The position numbers and the translations under genes were made by a program. The notes under the pieces were generated by a model that was not told the origin of the DNA, searched no databases, and worked only from the letters and a program-made list of their open reading frames with translations. A stretch of DNA of 63,022 bases, counting the filler, from an uncultured Methanosarcinales archaeon (lineage in GTDB: Archaea; Nanobdellota; Nanobdellia; Woesearchaeales; CAZPJY01), in assembly GCA_964587045.1 (NCBI GenBank). It is 3 parts of 3 records of this genome, joined end to end, with 100 filler letters (N's around TTAATTAATTAA, not from the genome) between each part and the next. Parts side by side here need not be neighbours in the genome. Positions count along the whole stretch, not along the records: positions 29,594 to 58,732 come from CAZPJY010000024.1; 2 more parts are not named here. One strand, written 5' to 3'. This document shows, piece after piece, positions 36,624 through 46,520 of this stretch; positions within the stretch are counted from its first letter, which is position 1; the number at the start of each line of letters is the position of its first letter.

Positions 36624-37487
36624 CTAAATCGCCAGCAGGTATATCCCCACCACCACAAGCGCTGTACCGGCCATCCTGAGCCAGTAGAATTTCTCCTTCA
36701 GGAAGAACCAAGCCAGGATAAAGATGAACGCCGACTGGATGCCCTGCATGGGGTAAACCTTCGACGCATTACCTATAGACACTGCGGTGAACATGAGCAG
36801 GGTGGCGAGCGCGCCGAAGATTGCAGGTATCGACATCCAGGAGTTCTTCAGAACGAAGATTCCCTTCTCCTTGCGCTTGACAACCACATAGGTTGAGTAG
36901 GCAAGCATCACGACCGTCCCCGCAAAGTACATCATGGTGCTCAAGGTTATGGGCTCGACGTCGTAGAGGGCTTTCTTGACCAGCAGGAAGAGCAGCGTAT
37001 GCAACGCAGCAGCGATGGCGAAGAGCCAGAATTTCTTGCTGAGCTTGGGCCTTGCGAATCCTCGTTTGGCCATGACCATGTAGACTCCGGCAAGGATCAA
37101 AAGCAGACCCAAGTAATTGATCGCCGTCGCATGCTCGCCCAAGAAGGTGATAGCGCCTAGGAAAGTGAATAGTATGATTGCCGACTGCAGGTAGGGCATG
37201 ACCGTCTTGAGGTCGTCCACCCGGAGGACTGCAAAGTAGACGGTCATCGCTGTGCCGTAGAGGAAGCCGACCACCAGCGACCACCAAAGCAGCTTCGGCG
37301 TGAAAGCCATGGAAAAGAAGAGCAGGCCAACCACCAGCAGTATGACGCCGTCGAAGAAGAGTTTGAAGAGGCTCACTCCGACCGGATTGTACCCCCTGTT
37401 CATGAAGTGCTTGTCCATGGTAGTGGATACGGCTCCCGAAAGGTAGGCTAGCAGCCCAAGCGTCATCCAAAGCTCCATGAGGCCCAT
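36624..37487 (-). CDS. EamA/DMT-family transporter
   Basis: About 10 TM in two repeats ending FLGE/FLKE. Confidence 0.85.
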   Translation of the reverse strand: MGLMELWMTLGLLAYLSGAVSTTMDKHFMNRGYNPVGVSLFKLFFDGVILLVVGLLFFSMAFTPKLLWWSLVVGFLYGTAMTVYFAVLRVDDLKTVMPYLQSAIILFTFLGAITFLGEHATAINYLGLLLILAGVYMVMAKRGFARPKLSKKFWLFAIAAALHTLLFLLVKKALYDVEPITLSTMMYFAGTVVMLAYSTYVVVKRKEKGIFVLKNSWMSIPAIFGALATLLMFTAVSIGNASKVYPMQGIQSAFIFILAWFFLKEKFYWLRMAGTALVVVGIYLLAI

Positions 37488-37554
37488 ACATCACGTTTAG
37501 TATTTAAAGCTTGGCGAAACCAATTAATAGGCCTCTACCGTTTCAACCACCAAA

Positions 37555-37764
37555 ATGGACCAATTATATCCGAAAGAATCAGTACCAAAAGAAGGGGAAA
37601 ACGAAGAGAGCTCAACAGAGGACATCGCTGAAGGCGCAGACGACAAGGTAGACGCCCTTATCAACCTCTTGATAAAGAAGGGAATTATTACTGAACAGGA
37701 GTTCGACGAAGAATATGATGACCTCTTCGAGGATGAGGGGAATGAATCCCCTACTTCCCCTTGA
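37555..37764 (+). CDS. Small acidic protein (SHOCT-like LIKKGIITEQEF)
   Basis: 69 aa; TATTTAAA upstream. Confidence 0.65.
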   Translation: MDQLYPKESVPKEGENEESSTEDIAEGADDKVDALINLLIKKGIITEQEFDEEYDDLFEDEGNESPTSP

Positions 37765-37897
37765 CGAAGGTCATCATGTTGCAGTCGCATTCAATACACT
37801 TGCCCTTGATTGCATGCTTCCCGTTCGCTAGGGTGACCTCCTGGGGGTCCTTCATCTCCTTCTTCGCTTTGCATCTCACGCAGTAAGCTTGTACCAT
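37751..37897 (-). CDS. 48-aa DUF5679-like zinc ribbon (MVQAYCVRCKAKKEMKDP...KGKCIECDC), not in ORF track
   Basis: Hand translation; GGAGG RBS. Confidence 0.8.
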   Translation of the reverse strand: MVQAYCVRCKAKKEMKDPQEVTLANGKHAIKGKCIECDCNMMTFVKGK

Positions 37898-38033
37898 CTT
37901 ATCGCCTCCAAAACGCTTTCCTAACACGCCTTATACAGTTTTTAGCATCCAGTATTTATAATTGTTTCCCTCGACGACACCTTTTTTGGGCCCATCAAAA
38001 CCTTTAAATATCCATTTCAAATAGTCCTCGTCG

Positions 38034-38219
38034 ATGGATTCGGGGGGTGCTAGCAATCTAGGAAAAGCGGTCGGCTTCCTGTCAGGATACGCGCTATTCA
38101 CAGCAGCAGCGTACCTGATCGTTTCCCACCTGCGGCCAGGAGGGGCCACCCCAACAGGGATCACCCTGGTGACCATGGGGATAGTGATGGTAGGGACCCT
38201 CCTGAGGAAGGTGATATGA
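38034..38219 (+). CDS. Small 2-TM protein
   Basis: TTTAAATA upstream; ATGA overlap with the next gene. Confidence 0.6.
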   Translation: MDSGGASNLGKAVGFLSGYALFTAAAYLIVSHLRPGGATPTGITLVTMGIVMVGTLLRKVI

Positions 38220-38443
38220 TGGGGGCGTTCCTAGCAGGCTTCAAATCGGGTTTTGGAAGCTTCTCCAAGACCGTCACCATTATCATCAACACAGCCCTCC
38301 TGCTGGCAGTTTACCTCTTGGGGGTGGGTCTAACGTCTGTGGCCGCAAAGCTTGTAGGAAAGAGGTTTTTTGGGACTAGTCCCAAGGCAACGTACTGGCA
38401 CCCCACCGCCAAGCGAAAAGAAGAATACTACAGGCAGTTTTGA
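38216..38443 (+). CDS. SxtJ-like small membrane protein
   Basis: IINTALLLAVY, TYW, YYRQF C-terminus. Confidence 0.7.
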   Translation: MMGAFLAGFKSGFGSFSKTVTIIINTALLLAVYLLGVGLTSVAAKLVGKRFFGTSPKATYWHPTAKRKEEYYRQF

Positions 38444-38445
38444 AA

Positions 38446-40206
38446 ATGTATATTCTGGGACTGAGCTGTTACTACCACGACGCTTCCGCTTGCCTCGTAA
38501 AGGATGGCAAGGTAGTCGCAGCGGCAGAAGAGGAGCGCTTCACCAGGAAGAAGCATGACACCTCTTTCCCGTCAAATGCCGCAGCCTACTGCCTGGAGCA
38601 GGAAGGAATAACAATTGGTGACATCGACCATGTAGGCTTCTACGAAAAGCCCTTCCTCAAGTTCGAGAGGGTGCTATACCAGCACCTCGAGTACTTCCCG
38701 CTGAGCCTCAGGTCCTTTCTGTCATCGATGCCGTCATGGGTCGGCGAGAAGCTCAGGATCATGAGATCTGTCAGGAAGAAGCTCAAGTACAGGGGAGACG
38801 TGATGTTCATCCCCCACCATACGGCGCATGCTGCAAGCGCTTTCTATCCCAGCCCCTTTGAGGAAGCGGCTGTGGTCACGGTTGACGGCGTGGGGGAGTG
38901 GAGCACAACCACCTTCGGCAGGGCAGGGCCTGGAGGGATCATGCTGGAAAAGGAGATAAGGTTCCCCCACTCGCTGGGGCTCCTGTACTCCACCATCACT
39001 GCCTACCTGGGCTTCTCAGTCAACAACTCAGAGTACAAGGTGATGGGGCTCGCAGCGTACGGAACGATGGATCGCGAGAAGAACAGGTACTACCAGAAGC
39101 TAAAGCAGGTGATTGACCTAAAAGAAGACGGGTCGTTCAGGCTGAAATTGGACTATTTCATCTTCCAGCGGTCGACCAGGATGCCTTCGAAGAGGCTTTG
39201 CGATCTCTTGGGAGGTCCGGTGAGCAGGAGGGGGGCTTCCATGACCAAGAGGCACAAGGACATAGCAGCAGCCCTCCAGATGGTCACTGAGGATGCCCTT
39301 TCAAGGATAATCACACACGCTCACCGACAGACTGGAAGCTACAACCTGGTGATGGCAGGGGGCGTCGCCCTCAACAGCGTCTACAACGGCAAGATTCTGC
39401 GCACAACGCCATTCAAGAGGGTCTGGATACAGCCCAATGCGACCGATGGGGGGACAAGCCTCGGTGCGGCTCTTTTCGTCTACCACAGCGTGCTGGGCAG
39501 GAAAGGGAGGCACCGAATGGAAAACGCGTACCTGGGACCAGGTTTTACAAGCTCGCAGATAAAGCAGTTCCTGGATGGGAAGCGCATCAGATACCATGAG
39601 TTGAGCAACCGTGAAGAGCTGATTGCCAGGACCGCACAGATGATCTGGGAAAACAAGGTTGTCGGGTGGTTCCAGGGCAGGATGGAATGGGGCCCGAGGG
39701 CCCTGGGATCCAGGAGCATACTTTCAAACCCCTGCAATCCAAAGGCAAAGGAGGTATTAAATGAGAAGGTCAAGCACAGGGAGAGGTTCCGCCCTTTCGC
39801 TCCAGCTGTGTGCGAAGACGACGCTCCGACGTATTTCGACTGCGACACACCGATACCCGAGCCTGCAGATTTCATGCTGATGGTGTACCCTGTAAAGGAG
39901 AGGTGGCGCAGGACCCTCCCATCAGTCACTCATGTGGACGGCAGCGGCAGGCTCCAGGCTGTGAGAAGGAAACAGAATCCAGACTACTACGACCTGATCA
40001 AAGAGTTCGGCAAGCTCTCAGGCGTGCCTATAGTGATAAACACCTCATTCAACATCAGGGGCGAGCCCATAGTATGTACGCCTCAGGACGCGTACAACTG
40101 CATGATGGGCACAGGAATCGACTGCCTCGTGATGGACCGCTTCCTCATCTGGAGGTCCGAAAATCCAAAAGATTTATGGGACAGCGAGTCTTCCGCAGGG
40201 GATTAG
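38446..40206 (+). CDS. O-carbamoyltransferase (NodU/CmcH/SxtI family)
   Basis: YHDASA, EEERFTR.KH, HHTAHA, DGVGE, EYKVMGL, GPRALG, RPFAP, NTSFN. Confidence 0.95.
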   Translation: MYILGLSCYYHDASACLVKDGKVVAAAEEERFTRKKHDTSFPSNAAAYCLEQEGITIGDIDHVGFYEKPFLKFERVLYQHLEYFPLSLRSFLSSMPSWVGEKLRIMRSVRKKLKYRGDVMFIPHHTAHAASAFYPSPFEEAAVVTVDGVGEWSTTTFGRAGPGGIMLEKEIRFPHSLGLLYSTITAYLGFSVNNSEYKVMGLAAYGTMDREKNRYYQKLKQVIDLKEDGSFRLKLDYFIFQRSTRMPSKRLCDLLGGPVSRRGASMTKRHKDIAAALQMVTEDALSRIITHAHRQTGSYNLVMAGGVALNSVYNGKILRTTPFKRVWIQPNATDGGTSLGAALFVYHSVLGRKGRHRMENAYLGPGFTSSQIKQFLDGKRIRYHELSNREELIARTAQMIWENKVVGWFQGRMEWGPRALGSRSILSNPCNPKAKEVLNEKVKHRERFRPFAPAVCEDDAPTYFDCDTPIPEPADFMLMVYPVKERWRRTLPSVTHVDGSGRLQAVRRKQNPDYYDLIKEFGKLSGVPIVINTSFNIRGEPIVCTPQDAYNCMMGTGIDCLVMDRFLIWRSENPKDLWDSESSAGD

Positions 40207-40207
40207 G

Positions 40208-40903
40208 ATGGACCGTGTACAGAAGCTGCTGGCAAACTGGGGATACTGCTCAAGGAGGAAGGCAGAGGAGCTCATCAAGCAGGGCCGGGTCTCTGTGAAC
40301 GGCAAGACCATAACCATAGGCGACCAGGCAGGAGAAAACGACAGGATTTCTGTCGACGGGAAGGGCGTGGCGAAGCCCAAGAAGATCTACCTGATGTTCA
40401 ACAAGCCCACCGGGTGCGTGACTGCCCTGAAGGACCCGTACAAAAAGACCATAATGGAATACATCAAGCTAAGGGAGCGGGTCTTCCCGGTTGGCAGGCT
40501 GGATTTCAACACCTCCGGGTTGCTCCTTCTTACAAACGACGGCAGCTTCGCAAACCAGGTGATGCATCCAAGGTATGAGGTCAAAAAGACCTACAGGGTG
40601 GAGATAAACAGGCCTCTCACCCCGGAAGATAGGAAGTCAATAGAGGAAGGCATCATGCTCGGTGACAACCCGACATCCAGGGCTGAGGTGAGGATCACTT
40701 CTGGCAGTATCGTGGAGATAAGCATCCATGAGGGCAGGAACCGAATCATCAGGAGAATGATGAAGAAGCTGGGCTACTTGGTGCTCTCCCTTTCACGCGT
40801 GAGTGTGGGAGGCTTGACAATAGGGAATCTGCAGCCGGGCAAGTACCGTAATTTGACACCCAAGGAAGTGGCCAGCCTAAAAGAGGGTGTAGATAAAGGG
40901 TGA
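40208..40903 (+). CDS. RsuA/RluB-family rRNA pseudouridine synthase
   Basis: S4 domain, NKP.G, PVGRLD, GLLLLTNDG, EGRNR. Confidence 0.93.
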   Translation: MDRVQKLLANWGYCSRRKAEELIKQGRVSVNGKTITIGDQAGENDRISVDGKGVAKPKKIYLMFNKPTGCVTALKDPYKKTIMEYIKLRERVFPVGRLDFNTSGLLLLTNDGSFANQVMHPRYEVKKTYRVEINRPLTPEDRKSIEEGIMLGDNPTSRAEVRITSGSIVEISIHEGRNRIIRRMMKKLGYLVLSLSRVSVGGLTIGNLQPGKYRNLTPKEVASLKEGVDKG

Positions 40904-41038
40904 GACCGAGCTGGTCTGGGAAAGGAAGATGAGAAGCCCCACCAGCAGCAGCATGACTATGATGGGTGTCAGCCACCAAACCTTCCTCACCTTCAGGAAA
41001 TCCCATGTCTCAGCAATCAAGGACTTGTTCTTGCCCAT
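40877..41038 (-). CDS. 53-aa SxtK/DUF5989-like protein, not in ORF track
   Basis: MGKNKSLIAETWDFLKVRKVWWLTPII...SPFIYTLF. Confidence 0.85.
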   Translation of the reverse strand: MGKNKSLIAETWDFLKVRKVWWLTPIIVMLLLVGLLIFLSQTSSVSPFIYTLF

Positions 41039-41125
41039 CCCGAGCTGGAAGGCCCGAGCGGATTTATATAACTTTTCCCTGAATCAATCATAAAGCTTAT
41101 TAATCAACGGGTAGCCCCACAGACC

Positions 41126-41872
41126 ATGAAGGTTTCATGCATAATCCAGGCTCGCGTGGGCTCGACAAGGCTTCCTAGGAAGGTTCTCCTGAAGCTTGCT
41201 GGAAAGGAAGTGCTCATCCACACAGTCGAACGCGTCCTGAAATCAAAGCGCGTCGATGAGGTAGTGGTCGCGACCACCACCAACCCTGACGACGATGAGA
41301 TAGAACAGCTGATTAAGGGCTACGGCAACAGCAAAGTCAAGGTCTCCAGAGGCTCTGAGGATGACGTGCTTGACAGGTATTACCAGGCAGCCAAGCAGTC
41401 AGGCGCAGACATAATCGTGAGGGTAACAAGCGACTGCCCGCTCATCGACCCGCAGATAATCGACAAGGCAATCGCGAGACTTGTCGACGGGGGATACGAC
41501 TACGTGTCGAACGTGATGGGGATGCGAACTTTCCCAAGGGGACTCGATACCGAGGTGTTCACCTACAAAGCCCTTGAGAACATGGCCAAGAACTGCAGCC
41601 TGCCCAGGGAACGGGAGCACGTTACGACGCACATCAGGGAAAACCCAGATGATTATAAGGTTTTCACCATCAGAAATGACCAAGACCTTTCCGGACTTAG
41701 GTGGACGGTCGACGAGCCGGACGACTTCAAGCTCATGGAAGAGATATTCTCGTCCCTGAAGCCAGGCTTCAAGACAGAGGACGTACTAAAACTCCTAGAG
41801 AAAAGGCCCAGCCTCAAAGACATCAACGCTCACGTGGAGCAGAAGAAAAATGTCAAGGACAAATCAAATTAG
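41126..41872 (+). CDS. SpsF-type cytidylyltransferase
   Basis: IIQARVGSTRLPRKVL, GSEDDVLDRY, RVTSDCP, REHVT, RWTVD. Confidence 0.9.
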   Translation: MKVSCIIQARVGSTRLPRKVLLKLAGKEVLIHTVERVLKSKRVDEVVVATTTNPDDDEIEQLIKGYGNSKVKVSRGSEDDVLDRYYQAAKQSGADIIVRVTSDCPLIDPQIIDKAIARLVDGGYDYVSNVMGMRTFPRGLDTEVFTYKALENMAKNCSLPREREHVTTHIRENPDDYKVFTIRNDQDLSGLRWTVDEPDDFKLMEEIFSSLKPGFKTEDVLKLLEKRPSLKDINAHVEQKKNVKDKSN

Positions 41873-42923
41873 CATAGCGGGCCGCAAGGTCGGAGAGGGC
41901 CAACCCTGCTTCATAATAGCCGAAGCAGGTGCCAATTTCAGGATATCCGATGACCCTAAAGTCAATTTCCAGCAGGCCCTGAAGATGATCGGTATCGCAG
42001 CCGATGCCAAGGCGGACGCAGTCAAGTTCCAGCTCTACAGGGCTGACAAGCTTTACGTCAGGAAAGCGGGTCAAGCAGACTACATTGGCAAGAAGAAGTC
42101 AATCTACGACATAATAAGGGAAATGGAACTGCCGTACGAATGGCTGCCCAAGCTCAAAAAACACTGTGAGGACAAGGGAATCATCTTCTTGTGCTCCCCT
42201 TTTGATGAGGAATCCGCAGACAAGCTAGACGAAGCCGGAGTTGCGGCATTCAAGGTGGCCTCCTATACCATAACCCACTTTCCGCTGCTAAGGCACATAG
42301 CCCGCAAGGGTAAGCCCATAATACTGTCGACGGGAGCCTCAAACAAAGACGAGGTCAAGGACGCAATCAAAGCGGTCGAAAAGGAAGGGAACCGTGATAT
42401 CATCGTCCTGCAGTGCACCGCAAAGTACCCTGCTCCTATGAGCAGCATCAACCTAAAAGTTATCCAAAACCTAAGGGAGGATTTGGGGGTCATTGTAGGC
42501 CTATCCGACCATTCGAGGGAGCCTCTCATCGCGCCCCTGGGCGCAGTTGCGCTCGGAGCGAAGGTGGTAGAGAAGCATTTCACGACTGACAACTCGCTGC
42601 CTGGTCCGGACCACGGCTTTGCCATACTGCCCGAAGAGCTTAAGAGCATGGTGACAGGGATCAGGCAGCTCGAGGAGGCGATGGGCACGGGCATCAAAGG
42701 CGTGTTGGATGATGAAAAGGAGCTGCATACCTTCGCTAGGAGGTTCATCTTCTCAGCCAGAAGCATCAAGAAAGGTGAGCAATTCACCACCAAGAATCTG
42801 GCAGTGCTTCGCCCCGGCAAGCACAAGGCAGGACTCCCTCCCAGCAGATGGGATGATATTCTTGGCAAGAAGGCTAAACGCGATATCAGGGCGCAGGAGC
42901 CAATACTGGAGGACTGCATATGA
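41850..42923 (+). CDS. Nonulosonate synthase (PseI/NeuB family) with SAF domain
   Basis: IIAEAGAN, AVKFQ, LSTG, GLSDH, EKHFT, DH.F. Confidence 0.93.
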   Translation: MSRTNQISIAGRKVGEGQPCFIIAEAGANFRISDDPKVNFQQALKMIGIAADAKADAVKFQLYRADKLYVRKAGQADYIGKKKSIYDIIREMELPYEWLPKLKKHCEDKGIIFLCSPFDEESADKLDEAGVAAFKVASYTITHFPLLRHIARKGKPIILSTGASNKDEVKDAIKAVEKEGNRDIIVLQCTAKYPAPMSSINLKVIQNLREDLGVIVGLSDHSREPLIAPLGAVALGAKVVEKHFTTDNSLPGPDHGFAILPEELKSMVTGIRQLEEAMGTGIKGVLDDEKELHTFARRFIFSARSIKKGEQFTTKNLAVLRPGKHKAGLPPSRWDDILGKKAKRDIRAQEPILEDCI

Positions 42924-43378
42924 GGTACAACATATTCTTCAGGTTTGCAGATGAGCAGGACCTGGAAGACCTTTTCGAGTGGCGAAACCAGCCCAGCACG
43001 AGGAAGTACTCTTTCCAGACCGATGAGATAACCATTGACCAGCACAAGGCCTGGTTCGAAAGGTCGCTGAAGAACCCGAAACGCAACATCTTCATCGCGC
43101 TCACAGAGAAAAACGAGAAGATAGGTCAGGTCAGGTTCGACAGGGACGGCCTCGAGGCAGAGGTGAGCATCGGGTTGGCAGAGAGGTTCATGGGAAAGGG
43201 CTATGGTACGCAGATGCTGACTGAGGCTTGCGAGCTTTACTTCAACAACTACGAGGTCGACATAATCATTGCCAAGATTAAGAAGGAAAACTCAGCATCA
43301 GTCAGGGCTTTCGAAAAAAGTGGTTTCTCTCATCATTCGGACCACGAATCCTATCTTGAGATGAGGCTGAAGAGATGA
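42920..43378 (+). CDS. GNAT acetyltransferase (PseH-like)
   Basis: EWRN, QHKAWF, GKGYG, NSASVRAFEKSGF. Confidence 0.85.
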   Translation: MRYNIFFRFADEQDLEDLFEWRNQPSTRKYSFQTDEITIDQHKAWFERSLKNPKRNIFIALTEKNEKIGQVRFDRDGLEAEVSIGLAERFMGKGYGTQMLTEACELYFNNYEVDIIIAKIKKENSASVRAFEKSGFSHHSDHESYLEMRLKR

Positions 43379-44124
43379 TAGGCCTGAAGATCTGGTCAAC
43401 AAACATCAGCTCTTTCCCGCGGCTGGCCGAGCTGTATGATGAGGGCGCCATTCAGTATGTGGAGGTCTACACAGTCCCAGGTTCCGACCCAAAACCGCTG
43501 GATACGCTCAGAAGAGTTCCCATAATGCTGCACGCTCCCAACTTCAACCACAACTTCAATATAGCTGACCACAACGAAAACTACAAAGAAGGCATCTCTA
43601 CAGTCCGGGACTTCTCGGAGCATCTCGGAGTAAAGGAGATCATATTCCACCCGGGATATGTGGTTGAGGATGAAAAGGAAGACATCAAGAGATCCATCAG
43701 CAGCATCATGGACTTGAGGGACCTGGACGTGATTTTGGAAAACGTCCCGAGACTCGGAATCGACCACAAGACAGACATGCTCGCAGCAGACCCAAACACC
43801 TTCGGCGTATTCCTCGAGCAGACCGGCATCAGATGCTGCCTAGACGTCGGACATGCCATCTGCAGCGCAAACAGCTACGGAGAGGACCCAAAGGACTTTA
43901 TCAAGGCATTCTTAGCCTACAAGCCCGTTGTAATCCACCTTTCGGACGGCACATATTCAGGCAAGATAGACGAGCACCTGCACTTCGGCGACGGCGATTA
44001 CCCGCTCAGGGAGCTCTTTGCCATGCTGCCCAAAAGCAAGATAACCCTGGAGACTCCGAAGAAGGATTTCGTCAACCTGTCAGAAGATGTTATGAACATA
44101 AACAGGCTCAGATCACTGATGTAG
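43375..44124 (+). CDS. TIM-barrel (AP-endonuclease-2-like) protein
   Basis: LHAP, FHPG, LENVP, LDVGH, HLSD, DEH, LETP. Confidence 0.8.
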   Translation: MIGLKIWSTNISSFPRLAELYDEGAIQYVEVYTVPGSDPKPLDTLRRVPIMLHAPNFNHNFNIADHNENYKEGISTVRDFSEHLGVKEIIFHPGYVVEDEKEDIKRSISSIMDLRDLDVILENVPRLGIDHKTDMLAADPNTFGVFLEQTGIRCCLDVGHAICSANSYGEDPKDFIKAFLAYKPVVIHLSDGTYSGKIDEHLHFGDGDYPLRELFAMLPKSKITLETPKKDFVNLSEDVMNINRLRSLM

Positions 44125-45903
44125 TACGAATTCGGCAATCTCCTTTTCTGGATGCGCGTTCTCCTTGAACATGCGGAAGCGACCCAACCTCTGAGAAATC
44201 TCCTTCCTCGCTTCCGTATCCTTCAGCAAGCCGACAAGATCTTTTCTGAACTGTGCAGGGCTTTCTGAGGACACGATCGGCGCTCCCTCAAAGTCAATCA
44301 GGGCCGTCATGGGCTGGTCGTACCCGCCTTCGAACTTGAGAGTGATGAGGGGCTTTTTCGCCATGATAGCATCCATGCTAGTCGTGCATTCCTGACTGCT
44401 GACGACAATGTCAGCCACTGATAGCAGCTTGACAAAATCGTAAGACTTGAGGAATATCAGACCTGGGAACGTCTTTTCGAACTCCCTCCGGTCGAACTGC
44501 GTCTCGGCTGGATGCACCTTGACGATTCCCACAGCGTCGTTGCGCGACTTGATTATGCCCCAGAATTCCTTAATCCTGAAGAGGTCCCTTGTAGCAGGGT
44601 AACGGGTCGCGAAAAGGACTGCTTTCCGCCTGCCTATCCCCAACTCTTCCCGGACACCTTTTGCGTCAGCCCCCTTGAGATCTTCGGTAAGCGTCTTTTC
44701 CTTGGTCGATCCGACTACGAAGAACCTCGAAGGGTCAACACCATCATCGAGCGTCCTTGTCACGTCACGCCACGTGGCGATGAAGTCCGACAGCGGCTCC
44801 ACCCGGCAGGAAGGGTCGATGTCTTTTGCGTGCTGAATCAGGAGGGTCTTGATTCCTCCGAGTTTCGCGAGCATCACTGCAGCCCGCGCGAAGTACACCT
44901 GGTCGTTGACTGTTATCACGATGTAAGGCTTGAACTTCTCGTACGCCTTGGTCAGGCCTGCGACCATCTTCGCAATCTCGAAGAACCGCAGCCTGAAGTA
45001 TTCCTCCATCTGGTGCCTGAAGGGCGGCAGAAGGTCAATGCCTTCATACTCGAACCTTCTGGTCTGGACCCTGTCCCAAAGCTTCAAACACCTTTCCCTG
45101 AATGATTCTGCTCGCCTAAGCGAAGCAGCATCCAGCAGCGTCTGATAGTAAGCGTACATAAGGCTATCTCTTCCCAGGTAGTCAGCGCACCTGTTGCCGC
45201 GTACGCCGTCCGTGCATACTGCTATGGCATCCACATCCTTTTGTAGTTCCTCTTGTACCGGGCTTGTCTTGTCGAGCCCGTTTCCGTTGAGGACGAAGAG
45301 AGCCTTCCTCCGGCTGGTAAGAGCGTAGGATTCCATTTTGGAGCGCTGTTTGCTCCTGATCGAGTTCAGCGTCCGCATGCCGGAGCTTACCAGCGGCTGC
45401 AGGAAAGCCTGTGTGGGAGGCGTTGACAGCTCCATCTCGATGCCATGCTTTGCAGCGACGCTCTCTATCAGTTCTGGGAAGAAGATCCTGTCTCTAGGGA
45501 GGAAGTGAAGGTTCCTCACCCTGTTCGTTATAATGATATCAGGCTTTTCCTTGCGCACCACAGTCTCCAGGATTGATGCGTAGAGCATGATGTACTCGAG
45601 GTGCAGCTCTGCCGCGTCGTGCTCCACTGTCTTCCACAGGGGCAGGCCGGAAAAGGTCAGGTGTTGTGAGATGGTCTTGCTTCCTACCCTCATTTCCCCC
45701 CAGCTGCGGAAGAGGGCTATGCTTCGCTTGAATATCGGCCCGTAGTCCTGAGTCTTGATTCCGTAGTCTGTTACGCCCTTGAATTTTACCCCTTGCTGCT
45801 TTAGGAGGAAGTCCACCTCTGGTGTAAGGGATACGATAGTACCTTCCTTTCGTAATAGGGCGCGGATGCCTTTCTTTGAGTAAGCTAGGATGATCCTCTT
45901 CAT
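44113..45903 (-). CDS. Putative GT-B glycosyltransferase (nonulosonate transferase candidate)
   Basis: TLLIQH, FVVG, VKVHP.E, T..DA....KP pattern; cluster context. Confidence 0.6.
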   Translation of the reverse strand: MKRIILAYSKKGIRALLRKEGTIVSLTPEVDFLLKQQGVKFKGVTDYGIKTQDYGPIFKRSIALFRSWGEMRVGSKTISQHLTFSGLPLWKTVEHDAAELHLEYIMLYASILETVVRKEKPDIIITNRVRNLHFLPRDRIFFPELIESVAAKHGIEMELSTPPTQAFLQPLVSSGMRTLNSIRSKQRSKMESYALTSRRKALFVLNGNGLDKTSPVQEELQKDVDAIAVCTDGVRGNRCADYLGRDSLMYAYYQTLLDAASLRRAESFRERCLKLWDRVQTRRFEYEGIDLLPPFRHQMEEYFRLRFFEIAKMVAGLTKAYEKFKPYIVITVNDQVYFARAAVMLAKLGGIKTLLIQHAKDIDPSCRVEPLSDFIATWRDVTRTLDDGVDPSRFFVVGSTKEKTLTEDLKGADAKGVREELGIGRRKAVLFATRYPATRDLFRIKEFWGIIKSRNDAVGIVKVHPAETQFDRREFEKTFPGLIFLKSYDFVKLLSVADIVVSSQECTTSMDAIMAKKPLITLKFEGGYDQPMTALIDFEGAPIVSSESPAQFRKDLVGLLKDTEARKEISQRLGRFRMFKENAHPEKEIAEFVLHQ

Positions 45904-46520
45904 TTTTCGAGCAGGAACATGATGTCAGCGTCTCCATCAGACCTCTTCAAGAGCTCTTTTTTTACGAGCCTCAGGTCGGGATGGCGGTCGAGGAAGAGCT
46001 GCATGAAGTTGCTTTTCCAAAGCCTGTTCTTATGTCCCCTATATTCGAGAGCGACGTTTTTCTCAGAAAAGTACTCGTATGACCAGATGTATTTCTTGCT
46101 CGTTCGGTAGATTTCGTCGATTGCCTTTGGTAGGTCTTTTGGGGCGATGTGGATGAGCACTCCACTGGTGAATACCATATCGAAGAAACCGTCCTTGAAG
46201 GGTATGTCAAATGCAGATGCCTCGACCAGGTTGAAGGTCACGTCGGCTCTCGCTTCCATCAGGGCTTTCCTGTTAATCTCAATCCCCCAAAGGTCAGAAA
46301 ACCCGAGCCTCTTGAGAAGCTGGAGCTGAACAGCCTTATTGCATCCCACCTCGAGTATCCTCAAGTCCTTGGCAAGTCTCCCGAGGAACTTCTTGTTGAG
46401 CGCTGTTCTGGTGACGCCGTAGAAACTCTCGTACAGCTTGTCGAAATTGCCAGTGTTCCTTTCGGTATACTCATCACCGAACTCTCCCTTCCAAAACTCC
46501 ATCTGTTCAGTCTTTTTCAT
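45900..46520 (-). CDS. Pseudaminic acid biosynthesis-associated methylase
   Basis: QMEFWKGEFGDEYTERN, LEVGCN, FTSGVLIH, YRGH. Confidence 0.9.
   Translation of the reverse strand: MKKTEQMEFWKGEFGDEYTERNTGNFDKLYESFYGVTRTALNKKFLGRLAKDLRILEVGCNKAVQLQLLKRLGFSDLWGIEINRKALMEARADVTFNLVEASAFDIPFKDGFFDMVFTSGVLIHIAPKDLPKAIDEIYRTSKKYIWSYEYFSEKNVALEYRGHKNRLWKSNFMQLFLDRHPDLRLVKKELLKRSDGDADIMFLLEK

Noticed and set aside
37555..37764. Small acidic protein as Pup/UBact
   Set aside because: Ends in SPTSP, not G[G]E/Q, and is unlinked to the ligases
38216..41038. Saxitoxin biosynthesis
   Set aside because: No sxtA or other core genes
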